Shown piece after piece: positions 29,500-39,289 of a stretch of DNA of 64,000 nt (position 1 is its first letter; the number at the start of each line of letters is the position of its first letter). The notes beneath the pieces are model-generated. The model was not told the DNA's origin. It did not search any database and saw only the letters and a list, made by a program, of their open reading frames with translations. The translations under genes were made by a program, and so were the position numbers. Source of the DNA: a virus; the IMG/VR virus record IMGVR_UViG_3300032770_000003, positions 64,001 through 128,000 of that record; one strand, given 5' to 3'.

Positions 29500-31839
29500 T
29501 TAAGCGGCCAGAATCGGAATCTGCAAAGTGATGTCATTGAGTTCGAAGACGATCCCCGCCGTTGGGAAGATCTCCACTCGGATGGTGGCGACGTTGCCGT
29601 CGATGAAGACGCGCAGGTGGCGGAACCCAGGTACGATGGTCGTCTGTGTCTCCGGATCGAGAGAATCCGTGATGATGTTGTCTGCGCGGTAGGCTGCCAT
29701 CTTGGCAGCCGTGAAGTCACGAATCGACGCCACACTGGCTGGGGTGGCCTTGATTCCGGTGAACTTGTCTTCGAGCGACTGGCGGAGATCGTAGGCAATG
29801 AAGCGGACCTCTTCCCGCATGTTGCCGTCAGTGAAGAGAATCGAATCGTCCTGGAGGTAGGTCGTGAGATCGCGGACGAAGCGAATCCCGCTGGCGACTT
29901 CTTCGGCAAACATGACACCGCCCTGGATGAGCTGGTTCACGTTGGTGCGATCAGTGGGGCTCCAGGAGGAGTCGTTCGTGATCTCGGTGGTCTTGATGAA
30001 CTTGAAGGTCAGCGGCTCGCCGACTTCGTTCGCTCCCGAACGCATCGACGCAGCGGCAACCGCCATGGCCCACTCAGGGAGCAACGTCAGGTTGTTGTTC
30101 GAGTCGAGGAAGGTCATCTGTTGTGGAAACAGCTGAATGTCTTCGTCATTCAAGGCAGCAGCCTGACTGAGAATGCTTGTCAGGTTGCCCTTGAAACCGA
30201 GGTAGCCACCCAACTCATTCTTGGCGATACCCCGTCCGAGCTGAACGTGGGCCAGCAGCTGCTGAGCCACTGAAGCGATCGTCGCGGTCGAACCGTTGCC
30301 CTCGTTGACCAGATCTTGGGAGATCAGCGGGATGGTGTGGTTCGCGCGCTTCTGAATCAGCGCATCGAAGCCGTTCTGGAAGTCCGTGTTGGACGACGTT
30401 CCGCGTGTGCCACCGATGAAGTAGACAGCGACGTCGCGCACCACTGATGCGACTCCACCAGTGAACGCAGGCAGCTGGGCGCCCTCTGACGTTCCAGACG
30501 TTGCCTTTACCGCCGTCGCCACCGTCGAGAAATCGTTGATCCAGTCAACCAGCACCTGGAGGTCGCGCCGGAAAGTACCGTTGTCGGTCGGGTCAATCTC
30601 GTGGTCGTAAGCCACCGTAACGGTCGTGTTACGTGTTCCGAAATCGAACGAGGACATCAGGATGGTATCGCCGTTGACACCATCGGGGATGCTCGCCTGG
30701 TAGTTGGTATTCCCGTTGATGTAGTCGACCAGCTGCTGCAGTGTCTGGCCCGCTGGGAACGTGATCGAGAGATTGTCTGCCGTTGGCGCAACCGTGCTGG
30801 TCAACGAAGTCGCCACACCATGTGAACCAACGATCGACGCGGTCGCGCTCGTCACATTGATGATCTGGATCGTTGTTCCCACCAGAGCCGCTGCTTCGGC
30901 GGTCGTCAGATCGTGACCAACTGCCAACGTCATTGTGGGAGTGAAGGGACCAGAGGTGTCGGCAGTGTTGCTCAGGATCAGTCTCTGCAACCCTGTGGAG
31001 GTTCTGACCAACATGCCCGCCCAAGCATTCGCTGACGTCGACAGAGTCACGGTGGCGGTGATCGTGCTGCCTGAACCACCTGTCGCCGCGGTGACAGTAC
31101 CGGTATCGAATACCGGACCTCCGACGTACTCCAGATTCAGGAAGCTGGTACCACCGATTTCATCAGAGCGATTGACGGTGCTCTGAAAAGCAGTCGTGAC
31201 GACAAACCCGGAACCGACACCCGGCTCCACTTCCACTGAGACCTGATTGGTCTGAGTACCCCAGTCTCTGGACGACAGGATGATCTCAGACGAGAGGATA
31301 TCGACGGCTGTGGTTGACGCCGGTGCGCTGGGGAACCCAGGAGACACTGTCACTGTGGTCGTGGTGTTGGCCGTGATCCGGCGCTTGAGACCACTGATGA
31401 GCAGCCACCGACCGATGTGCGCACTCGCCGTGAGACCACCCGACACCAACGGGATCACGGTCGTCGTGGCCCCAACATCCACGGTGTCTGCGATCAGGTT
31501 GGCGGAACCAGGGAGCTGAGTACCTGACTGGGTACCGTTGTTGGTCTTGTAGCAGAGGCAGCGGAACGCTCCGCCTGGAATGCGTGAGTCACCGGACGCT
31601 GCGAACGCGATCTTGATCGCATCAGCCAGGGGACCGCTCGTAAACGTCGTCTTGCCGAGGGCAGGATCGTCAATCTGTACGATCTGATTGGATCCGGGGG
31701 GGCCGCCGTCGGCTTCTCCGAGCAACTGGATGATACCGGTCGCGGTGAGCCCGATGGCCGTCAAGCCATCCGTGCTCACACGAGTCAGACCACCAGGATG
31801 AAAAAGTGTCTGACCACCGAACGTCACTGATCGCGCCAT
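29500..31839 (-). CDS. Contractile tail sheath protein
   Basis: 779 aa; F.G.TL..PG N-terminus, LGEADGG.P, GEPLTFK and GIRFVRD.TTY sheath motifs. Confidence 0.9.
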   Translation of the reverse strand: MARSVTFGGQTLFHPGGLTRVSTDGLTAIGLTATGIIQLLGEADGGPPGSNQIVQIDDPALGKTTFTSGPLADAIKIAFAASGDSRIPGGAFRCLCYKTNNGTQSGTQLPGSANLIADTVDVGATTTVIPLVSGGLTASAHIGRWLLISGLKRRITANTTTTVTVSPGFPSAPASTTAVDILSSEIILSSRDWGTQTNQVSVEVEPGVGSGFVVTTAFQSTVNRSDEIGGTSFLNLEYVGGPVFDTGTVTAATGGSGSTITATVTLSTSANAWAGMLVRTSTGLQRLILSNTADTSGPFTPTMTLAVGHDLTTAEAAALVGTTIQIINVTSATASIVGSHGVATSLTSTVAPTADNLSITFPAGQTLQQLVDYINGNTNYQASIPDGVNGDTILMSSFDFGTRNTTVTVAYDHEIDPTDNGTFRRDLQVLVDWINDFSTVATAVKATSGTSEGAQLPAFTGGVASVVRDVAVYFIGGTRGTSSNTDFQNGFDALIQKRANHTIPLISQDLVNEGNGSTATIASVAQQLLAHVQLGRGIAKNELGGYLGFKGNLTSILSQAAALNDEDIQLFPQQMTFLDSNNNLTLLPEWAMAVAAASMRSGANEVGEPLTFKFIKTTEITNDSSWSPTDRTNVNQLIQGGVMFAEEVASGIRFVRDLTTYLQDDSILFTDGNMREEVRFIAYDLRQSLEDKFTGIKATPASVASIRDFTAAKMAAYRADNIITDSLDPETQTTIVPGFRHLRVFIDGNVATIRVEIFPTAGIVFELNDITLQIPILAA

Positions 31840-31855
31840 GGGAAAGCCTCCTTAT

Positions 31856-32107
31856 TCAGTAGTTCTTGAACAGTTCGTCCCAGGCGCTCTTTGGCTTCTT
31901 GCCACGTGCCCGCGCCCCTATGAACGCGAGCAGACCGAGACGGTGATGAGCTGGGCGCCCAGTCAGTGCGAACCAGCGGTCGAAACTCAACATCGGCACA
32001 GGTGCGGGAGGAGGCGGCGGCGGTGTCGCAGGCGCTGGGGTGCTTTCCTCAGCGGTCTCACTCTCGGGTTCGTCGGATCTTTTCCTGCTCATCGTCACTC
32101 CTCTCAC
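31856..32107 (-). CDS. Small hypothetical protein preceding the sheath
   Basis: 83 aa (start may be ATG 32092); Pro-rich linker, ends WDELFKNY. Confidence 0.65.
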   Translation of the reverse strand: MRGVTMSRKRSDEPESETAEESTPAPATPPPPPPAPVPMLSFDRWFALTGRPAHHRLGLLAFIGARARGKKPKSAWDELFKNY

Positions 32108-33102
32108 GCCGAAGTGTCGTACAGAATGTCGACGGCTCCGTCATCATCCACAGCCTCCAACACAACACGAAGCTGTTGCGCGAGGTCTGTTGGCTGAACA
32201 AAGACGTCGAACGGATACTGGAACTCTGCGGTCATCGCACGCATGTAGGTGAAGTCTGGTTGGTATTCGGGTCTCGGGACGAAGTCAGTCGCTGACAGCT
32301 TCATCGCGATGATCCCTTGGCCCTCCAGATACTGGCGGCCAATCGTCAGGATGCTTTTCACGATCGCGTGCAAGTAGATCGTGAACTCCGGGTTGGGACC
32401 AATGATTTGGATCTGATACGAGACTCCGTACATCGAACCCAGGCGTTCGACGACGTTGGCATTCTCGCGCTGGTAGAGACCACTACGCGGCTCACCGACG
32501 ACTTCACTGGCATCGGCGCGGATGACGAAGACCGAGGTGTTGTCGAGCGCTGGTGCCCAGTTCGGTGACACCATCAGCGTGTCTTGACCGTTGGTCGTGA
32601 TACCGCGCTGCTGACCAACGCCCTTGCCGCCGACGATGTGGACGGTGTTGTTACCGACACGCCACTGATCCAGCGTCCACGCTCGGTTGTCGATCTTGAG
32701 CGTGTTGGCAGTCGCCGACAGGACTCGTTGCGGACCGAACCGCAGCGGGCCCTCACCACTCAACGTCGAGACAGACGCAGCTCCTCCGAGCACGTCTGTT
32801 TCACCGGAAAATCCGTCATAGGACAGAGCATCCGGAACCTGTCCATAGCCCATACTGTCGCCCATGTAGGCTGTGGCTTCCTGTTCGGACTTGAGCAGGA
32901 TGACGATAGCGGGGACCTTCAGCGTCTCGCGTGGGTAGTTGATATCGAGATAGACCTGCTGCTTCTGGAAGAACGTGTGCATCTCGCTCGCAGAGTTCCG
33001 ATCGAGATTCCGGAACAGCTGATCGAGCAAGCGACTGTCACCGCGGAACATACGGATTCCGCGCACGATGACAGTACGGAAGATGAACTCGGGCAGGATC
33101 AT
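32104..33102 (-). CDS. Tail completion/terminator-like neck protein
   Basis: ATG at 33102 (TGATG coupling); YPR....PAI.ILL..E.E motif; position before the sheath. Confidence 0.65.
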   Translation of the reverse strand: MILPEFIFRTVIVRGIRMFRGDSRLLDQLFRNLDRNSASEMHTFFQKQQVYLDINYPRETLKVPAIVILLKSEQEATAYMGDSMGYGQVPDALSYDGFSGETDVLGGAASVSTLSGEGPLRFGPQRVLSATANTLKIDNRAWTLDQWRVGNNTVHIVGGKGVGQQRGITTNGQDTLMVSPNWAPALDNTSVFVIRADASEVVGEPRSGLYQRENANVVERLGSMYGVSYQIQIIGPNPEFTIYLHAIVKSILTIGRQYLEGQGIIAMKLSATDFVPRPEYQPDFTYMRAMTAEFQYPFDVFVQPTDLAQQLRVVLEAVDDDGAVDILYDTSA

Positions 33103-33578
33103 CAGATCTTGATCCGGCTGAAGGCGGGCGTGTACGCCTTGGCAATCATGTCTTCCGTCTCCTTGAAGACTTCCTCGTGAATGTCGTACGCCTCGAATCC
33201 CGGGTGCCACCAACTACTAGGAGGAGAGGTCTTGGACACCGTCCGGAATTCTCCGTCGTGCATGGGGATGACCCGGCTGGTGCGGTTCTTGAGCAGTCCA
33301 GGCTTCATGTCGAAACGCTGAGCACCGCTTTCCAGCGCCACCGGCAACCAACCTGAGAGGGTTGCTTCGACACCGTCTACATCCGCACGAACGATGAGCC
33401 CATCCATGTACTCGGTTAGGCTGGAATCCAGTACGCTCTGAGCCTTCTCTCGCCAGACGCGCTCCACCTCTTTGGCCAGCGCTGCCGAACCCTGCTTGTG
33501 AGCAGCCATCACCGCCTTCTCAATCTGAGAGGAAGATGGACCTTTGATCTCGATCCGGTATGTGTGAGCCGGAAGCAT
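33102..33578 (-). CDS. Neck/tail completion protein
   Basis: 158 aa; E.G...FDMKPGLL and FRTVS..S...SWWHPG motifs of myovirus neck proteins. Confidence 0.65.
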   Translation of the reverse strand: MLPAHTYRIEIKGPSSSQIEKAVMAAHKQGSAALAKEVERVWREKAQSVLDSSLTEYMDGLIVRADVDGVEATLSGWLPVALESGAQRFDMKPGLLKNRTSRVIPMHDGEFRTVSKTSPPSSWWHPGFEAYDIHEEVFKETEDMIAKAYTPAFSRIKI

Positions 33579-34394
33579 TCAGCAGCTCACGCGCTTACTG
33601 AGCGGTATACGATCAGCCGACGTGATCAGAAGGCTGTCGTTCACGTAAGCGACGTGGCGCTTGCGGAGAAACACCAGGGGACCAAGATCGACGTTGTCGC
33701 GATCGACGCGCTCCTGAGGAGGAGCCCACACGAGCCACTCAAAGTACGCAGTGTACTTGACGACGTAGCGCTGACCGACCTGGGGGCGATTGCCGACCCA
33801 GCGGATCACGCGACCAGGGCCGAAGACGAAATCCCCATCTTCCAGGTACTGCTTACCGGTGTCGTCCTCGCACCACAGCGAGTAGACCGGTTCGTACCAG
33901 AGTCGATCCTCATCGGTTGTGAGCCCAGGCGACAACCGCAAGTTCTCGTCCATGGTGGCGGCCCCACGGACGATGGTCTGACCGTCGTTCAGCGGCTGAG
34001 CCCACGTGGCCGTGAACTTGTCGTCCAGGGCGACATGCCGCATCGGAGCGCCGTTGTGGTTGCAGCCGAAAAAGCCGGGCCCGATCGAAAACTGCATGTC
34101 GCCGGGCTGGTGGGTCCCGACGTCGATGACGTTGTTCTGTTGGCGGATCGAGGTAGCCAGTCCCCGGACCACGACAGGGTCTCGATAGAGCCAGCCGTCA
34201 CCGCCGCAACGCGGACAGTTAGGAGATCGGGTCTGATACTGACCGTCCCGGAGCAGGTTGGCCGAGACGTCAGCCGTGCGGCAGTGAGGGCACGCGACGC
34301 CGATCTCATGGATCATGTCGCTCCCGCGTTCCTCGATGAACCCCTCTTGGAGCCCCGGTTCGAACTCCACGCCAAGCCCCATCCTGCTAGGCAT
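33579..34394 (-). CDS. Head closure/neck protein
   Basis: 271 aa; CPHC...CPRCGG.G..Y motif as in SPO1/Twort-like neck proteins. Confidence 0.65.
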   Translation of the reverse strand: MPSRMGLGVEFEPGLQEGFIEERGSDMIHEIGVACPHCRTADVSANLLRDGQYQTRSPNCPRCGGDGWLYRDPVVVRGLATSIRQQNNVIDVGTHQPGDMQFSIGPGFFGCNHNGAPMRHVALDDKFTATWAQPLNDGQTIVRGAATMDENLRLSPGLTTDEDRLWYEPVYSLWCEDDTGKQYLEDGDFVFGPGRVIRWVGNRPQVGQRYVVKYTAYFEWLVWAPPQERVDRDNVDLGPLVFLRKRHVAYVNDSLLITSADRIPLSKRVSC

Positions 34395-34947
34395 TGTTGT
34401 TCCTCTTCACCGCAAAGTTAAAAGGACTATCAATCCTCTCATGCGGACAGAAGCCGTAGGCTCCTCGTGCTTGATTGCAGTTGTGACACAGAACGCGGTA
34501 GCCACTCGGAAAGCTGTTCTTGATCAAGAAGCGATAAATGCTCTGGTTGCTTCCGCCGAGTTCGCGCTTGTGCACGCGACCACCACCATTGATGTGATCG
34601 ATGGCAAGAAAACAATAGTTGGATTCACCGCAACAAGCACACATTCCACCGTACGCTTGAAGAACCTGAGTGCGTAACTCAATCAGATTCTTGCGGTGCC
34701 ACTCCTTCATCAGAGTCTTGGACTCTGGTTTTGTGTTCCACTTTTGGCGAGCTGCCTTAGACGCTGCGGGGTTCTTCCTGTACTGGTTTCGGGAACAAGT
34801 GGCCTTACACTTTTTACACTGACGCGAACGTCCACCGCGTGAAGTAGCACGCAAACAAAAGTCAGCCAGAGGCTTCGTGTCGCCGCATGTGCGACAGGTT
34901 TTCTCTGTTGAGTCGACGCCTAGACCAGGCGCGAGCGAACGTGCCAC
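34387..34947 (-). mobile_element. Free-standing HNH homing endonuclease
   Basis: C..CG..KPL..F, CKKC, YGG.CACCGE, IDHING and VLCHNCN motifs. Confidence 0.85.
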
Positions 34948-35012
34948 ACCAAGAGAATCCGTACTCTCAGGTCAAGAGTCAAGAGAAACGAAGTGAACGA
35001 ACTTGACAAGTA

Positions 35013-35036
35013 AAGCGACTTCTGTGTCAGTCGCTT
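35013..35036 (-). terminator. Possible intrinsic terminator hairpin
   Basis: AAGCGACT-N8-AGTCGCTT at the end of ORF 35027..35446; weak U-tract. Confidence 0.35.
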
Positions 35037-35446
35037 GATCTGTCAACAGCATCCAACCAAGTCGCGACAACAGCCTCCCCGCCGGGGCACAGTGACAGGC
35101 ACGCCAAGCCGTACAGACACTCAGTGAAGGCTGCAGCCGTCTGGCCCGGGACCAGGCGCTCTATCAACGTGTCCCCACCATGCGCGACCGCATCCACAGC
35201 AGCCGCACCCATGGACTCCAGTTCCGCTGGTGAGGCAATGCGCACACGGTCAATTGCCGCGGGCAGGCCGTGGCGAAGAAGAGCAACCAACAGCCCACGG
35301 GGCCGTGCCAGGATGGGGGCCAGTAGGCGTAGATCGCCCTGCGTCAGAGCGTCTGCGCCACCTGCGGTGAACCGCTCGATGACACCCGCAAGGCCCGTCG
35401 TCGCTTTCGGGCTGCGTTGATCTTGTGTCGGTTCAGCTTGGCCCAT
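35027..35446 (-). CDS. Hypothetical protein
   Basis: 139-aa ORF overlapping 35344..35877; no recognised motif. Confidence 0.35.
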   Translation of the reverse strand: MGQAEPTQDQRSPKATTGLAGVIERFTAGGADALTQGDLRLLAPILARPRGLLVALLRHGLPAAIDRVRIASPAELESMGAAAVDAVAHGGDTLIERLVPGQTAAAFTECLYGLACLSLCPGGEAVVATWLDAVDRSSD

Positions 35447-35877
35447 GCTGCCACCCTTGCGCGCTCAGGCGCCGGATTCGCCGCCCGGCGCTTGCGGCGT
35501 CTCGCATTGACCAGATCCTTGTGGGCCCGCTGCCATGTGGTGGACTTCTGATTTATGCGCTTCGCGTTACGCTGGTAGTACCGCTTCTGGTTCGCACGGA
35601 TCCGGGAGTGATTCCGACGGTAGAAAGCACGCTGAGCCTCCAGCGAGCGCGACGGCCATAGGAGCTTTTGAACCGGGTAGGGCGTGACCACCCTCGCACT
35701 GGCGTGCCACTCGGGCGCTGCCCATGACGGCAGCGCCGTAGCCGCTGCAAAATCCTCGAAGATTTCGAGCGAAGTGAAACGCGAGCCTGACGTCGATTCG
35801 AGCCACATCGCTTTCTGTGCGCGAACAACCGCACGGTTCTTTCGTCGACGTCGACCACGGTTGCGCCGCTGGTTCAC
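35344..35877 (-). CDS. Basic protein resembling the helical region of HNH endonucleases, no nuclease domain
   Basis: YRRNHSRIRANQKRYYQRNAKRI.. repeats similar to 60815..61531; GTGA-coupled to the adaptor gene. Confidence 0.45.
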   Translation of the reverse strand: MNQRRNRGRRRRKNRAVVRAQKAMWLESTSGSRFTSLEIFEDFAAATALPSWAAPEWHASARVVTPYPVQKLLWPSRSLEAQRAFYRRNHSRIRANQKRYYQRNAKRINQKSTTWQRAHKDLVNARRRKRRAANPAPERARVAAWAKLNRHKINAARKRRRALRVSSSGSPQVAQTL

Positions 35878-37604
35878 AAAACGACCATGTTGGGTCCGCG
35901 GAAGGCACCCCGAAGCTGCGCGAGGTTGTTCGTGATCCAGTCGTTGTACTCCTTGATCGCGGCGCCGAAGATCCCCGCCTGAGCGTTCTGTGTGTAGGAC
36001 ACAGACTCTGACACACCATCCCGAGAGACCGACTGAGACGACAGGCCGGGACGGAACGCCTGGCCCGCGATGGTCAGGATCGTGATCGCCGCCTTCTTGG
36101 CTACCAGCTCCAACAGCACCTGCGGGGTCTTGCGGAAGCCCACCAGCGCCTCAAAATTCCAGAAGTTCGGCAGCGGTGTGGGGCCACGAAGCGACTCCAC
36201 CCAGACGAGCCCGATGAAGTTGAAGGCTACCTCCTGGTTGAATGGCACCAGCTCCACCCAGCCGGACATTTCGTGGCGCTCCACCCACTCCAGGGCGATG
36301 TCCACGATCCGCACGTTCGACAGCTTGCCGTAGAGCTGATCGAAGCGGATCAGGGGGATGTAGGGGCACTTGAAGCTGATCCAGTGCTTCGCGGACGGCG
36401 TGGTGTAGGTCAGGGCATCGACGACCTTGTCCCAGGTCGCGCCTATGAGCTGGGGGATGTCCGTGTCCGGGCTGAACGACAGGACGTCAGGGTCCACTTC
36501 GGTCACGATGCGGGTGGGCTCCAGGAAGACCGCTAGCACGTCGTCTTCCACCCACGAGATCGCTTCGTTGATGAGCTGGCGCATGCGCGCATCGGTCAGC
36601 GGGGTCCGGCTCACCAGCAGCTCTTCGGCGTGGCTCTGCAGGGGCAGAGCTGCGATCGACTGGATCCGCACCTGGATGTAGTCAGCCGTGTTGCCGCGCT
36701 TGAGGGTGACCATCTTCATGCCAGGCTCGATCACCTGAGACGGGCCACCGCACCACGAAAGCAGCCGGGTGATGGTCGGGGCATCCATCTGGTTGAGGAG
36801 CCCGAGAGCGGTGGTTGCTGTGCCGGCTGGGTCCACCAGCAAGGAAACGTGCCCACCCGTGATCCGGACGTGCCCCGTCTCCGCCACCGCAGTCACCCCG
36901 ATGTTGGCGGCGGTGATGACCGTCGCAACCTCAGCTGCCGTCGCATGGGTGATGTCAACGAAACTGCCTGTAAGAAAGGTTACAGTCAGGGGTCCGCTGC
37001 CATCGACTCGAAGCACGAGCGTCTGGCCGTTCGCCAGACCAAAGGTCTCAGCTGTCACCCCAAGCACGGTCGGCGTGTGATCGACGCTGAAGTTGTACGA
37101 GAGCGGTTCCCAGGTTTGGGGGTGGCGCAAAGAGACCATCTCAACCGTCACCCCGGTGATGAGCTGGGGTTGGTTGAGCACCGTCAAGACGTTGGTCGCG
37201 AACTGATCAGTCCCGTGCAGGTAGTCAGCCTTGAGCCGCGCCACCGTGATGAGCGAGATGTGGAAGTCGCAGGAAACCGCTTCCACCGTGGGGTTGCTGA
37301 CCGACACCACGTGAACGAAGTAGAGCCCACGATGAACCGTGTTCACATCATCATGATCGACGATGCTGGGGAGGAAGAAGCTCAGTTGATACGACTTCGG
37401 GATCGAGTCGGTGATCGTGAGCGTCTTGGTGGCGACGATCTCGTCTCGCGCTCGCCGCGCCTTGCGCAGCTCCAGCGTGACTTGCTCATTCAGGAGGTTC
37501 TGACCTGTGGGCGTGATCGTCGCGTAGATGGTGTTGTGCTCTTCCTCGAAGCGACTGTACTCGTCACGGTCGACCTCTACGGCCAATGTGATCGGAGCTG
37601 ACAC
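35874..37604 (-). CDS. Head-tail adaptor protein
   Basis: 576 aa; C-terminal GLSSQSVSRDGVSESVSYT motif typical of myovirus adaptors. Confidence 0.7.
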   Translation of the reverse strand: MSAPITLAVEVDRDEYSRFEEEHNTIYATITPTGQNLLNEQVTLELRKARRARDEIVATKTLTITDSIPKSYQLSFFLPSIVDHDDVNTVHRGLYFVHVVSVSNPTVEAVSCDFHISLITVARLKADYLHGTDQFATNVLTVLNQPQLITGVTVEMVSLRHPQTWEPLSYNFSVDHTPTVLGVTAETFGLANGQTLVLRVDGSGPLTVTFLTGSFVDITHATAAEVATVITAANIGVTAVAETGHVRITGGHVSLLVDPAGTATTALGLLNQMDAPTITRLLSWCGGPSQVIEPGMKMVTLKRGNTADYIQVRIQSIAALPLQSHAEELLVSRTPLTDARMRQLINEAISWVEDDVLAVFLEPTRIVTEVDPDVLSFSPDTDIPQLIGATWDKVVDALTYTTPSAKHWISFKCPYIPLIRFDQLYGKLSNVRIVDIALEWVERHEMSGWVELVPFNQEVAFNFIGLVWVESLRGPTPLPNFWNFEALVGFRKTPQVLLELVAKKAAITILTIAGQAFRPGLSSQSVSRDGVSESVSYTQNAQAGIFGAAIKEYNDWITNNLAQLRGAFRGPNMVVL

Positions 37605-38204
37605 TTAGGGGATGCCTGTGAAGAGATCCGCGCTAGCTGCGTTGGGAACTGTCAGCCGGCGCTTGTAGTTCGTGGCAGGGATGAAGATCTCAACGTCAGC
37701 CAAGCGGACCAAAGGCAGGAAGAACTCACCATTCGCGTCCGTCAGCACCGAGACCAGATCGTCGGTGAGCGCCACCAAGCTCTGCTCGATGGACGGCATG
37801 CCGACGATCTGGGCTGACACCGCAATGCCGACCTGCGGGTTGCCCTGCATGTCGTTGATGTGCCCGGTGAGCGTGCAGGTGTCGAGCACCACCGCAGTCG
37901 AGGCTTGGGTAGCCGGGATCACCTGCGCGATGGTGGTTGACTGATCGATGCTGGCGCCCTGGACGATGACCGTGAAGCTGCCCAGCGTGTTCAGCTCACT
38001 CGAAGTGAAGCCGATCGTGTAGACCCCGCTCCCGATCTCGGTGAAGTTGAGCGACGTCAACACCTTCGCGGTGAAGCTCGACTGTCCTTCCTTCCGGTAC
38101 TGGGCAGTCACATCCGTATAGACCAACCCCGTCACACCCACTGAGGCTTTGCTCAGGAGCACGACGAGGTTGGCCGCCACGGACTGAGTCGCTTGCTGAC
38201 TCAC
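37605..38204 (-). CDS. Virion structural protein (Ig-like/transthyretin-like)
   Basis: 199 aa; TEIG.GVY and TDANG.F motifs. Confidence 0.6.
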   Translation of the reverse strand: MSQQATQSVAANLVVLLSKASVGVTGLVYTDVTAQYRKEGQSSFTAKVLTSLNFTEIGSGVYTIGFTSSELNTLGSFTVIVQGASIDQSTTIAQVIPATQASTAVVLDTCTLTGHINDMQGNPQVGIAVSAQIVGMPSIEQSLVALTDDLVSVLTDANGEFFLPLVRLADVEIFIPATNYKRRLTVPNAASADLFTGIP

Positions 38205-38205
38205 A

Positions 38206-38484
38206 TCACCCCTCGAAGATCAAGGCTTGGTAGGTCGTACCAGACGCCGATGTCAACCAAAACTCACCAAACAAGACGTCTTCAGCAAATTCGACACCTT
38301 TGTTGATGGTGTAGCCTGTCTTCCCTCCATCGAACGAAATGTCCATGGAGTTGGTGTCCCCGGTGTTCGTGACACGGACACGAAAACCCACGCCCCCTCT
38401 CAGAGGAACAATCCGTGTCGGGACTCCAGCGCTGAGCGTGCCATTCACATGGCTCGCTCGCATGGGTCTAGTCGCTGCCGGCAT
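38206..38484 (-). CDS. Small virion protein, paralog of 878..1141
   Basis: 92 aa, AGGAG RBS; SFDGG and TTYQALIFEG. Confidence 0.7.
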   Translation of the reverse strand: MPAATRPMRASHVNGTLSAGVPTRIVPLRGGVGFRVRVTNTGDTNSMDISFDGGKTGYTINKGVEFAEDVLFGEFWLTSASGTTYQALIFEG

Positions 38485-38523
38485 TCACAGCTCCTTAGAG
38501 CGTCGCCCTCGACGCTGATTCGA

Positions 38524-38742
38524 TTAGAGCGCCGACGGAGCGGGCGGTTCCGGCAGTTCGAGCGTCGTGGCGACCTGCTTTGCCAGCTGCATTGCCGTCA
38601 CGATCTGCGAAGTCGTGGCAGTCGATGAATCGAGCGCAGCCACAGCGGCCACGAACGCATTCCACTGCTTGCGCACTTCGTGTGCAACCCTACTGGGGGT
38701 ATCATCCGTAATCGTAACCTTGAGCGGGGTGATTGCGGCCAT
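38524..38742 (-). CDS. Small hypothetical (head-associated) protein
   Basis: 72 aa, GGAGGAG RBS. Confidence 0.65.
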   Translation of the reverse strand: MAAITPLKVTITDDTPSRVAHEVRKQWNAFVAAVAALDSSTATTSQIVTAMQLAKQVATTLELPEPPAPSAL

Positions 38743-38747
38743 GGGCT

Positions 38748-39284
38748 CTACTCCTCCGCGGTGGGTGCCTTGGTGGGCTGACGCCGCCGTTTGATGGTTT
38801 TCTCGCCAGAATCTACGTCTGAGATTGGTTCATCGTCCGCGATCGGCGCCTGAGGGGTTGCATCAGGAGTCACAGGCTCCGGAGGAAGTCGGCGCACGAC
38901 CGGTACAGTCGGGTCATCGGCACCAATCGTTGGGCCTGTGACGACTGCAGGAGGCGGAGAGATTGTTTCCCACGGCTTCGGATCCACAACCTCTTCAACA
39001 CCATTCATACCCAGGAGTACGCGGAAATCTGTCAGTTCAGAAGCGCGTCCGCGTGGTTTCAGTTCACAGATACCATTCCCATCGAATTTGAATGCTGTAT
39101 TACCCACAACAACAGTCCGACCAGTGAGTCTCTTGCAACGTGCTTTCATGATTTCCCCACGGTAAATGGCCGGCTTGGGTGGTTCAAATTGAGCTGCGTT
39201 GAGAGGTTGTACCGCAGCCATCAGTGACTTCGGAGAGGTCGTACGCCTCTTTTCCATCCTCCTACGGTAAGTATCCTCGTCCAT
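38748..39284 (-). CDS. Hypothetical protein downstream of the capsid gene
   Basis: Open frame; start uncertain (ATG 39284 chosen to avoid overlap with the HNH gene). Confidence 0.55.
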   Translation of the reverse strand: MDEDTYRRRMEKRRTTSPKSLMAAVQPLNAAQFEPPKPAIYRGEIMKARCKRLTGRTVVVGNTAFKFDGNGICELKPRGRASELTDFRVLLGMNGVEEVVDPKPWETISPPPAVVTGPTIGADDPTVPVVRRLPPEPVTPDATPQAPIADDEPISDVDSGEKTIKRRRQPTKAPTAEE

Positions 39285-39289
39285 CAAAG

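Noticed and set aside
4943-31839. Bacterial contractile injection system or tailocin
   Set aside because: Portal, protease, capsid and neck genes are present, so this is a complete phage virion module.
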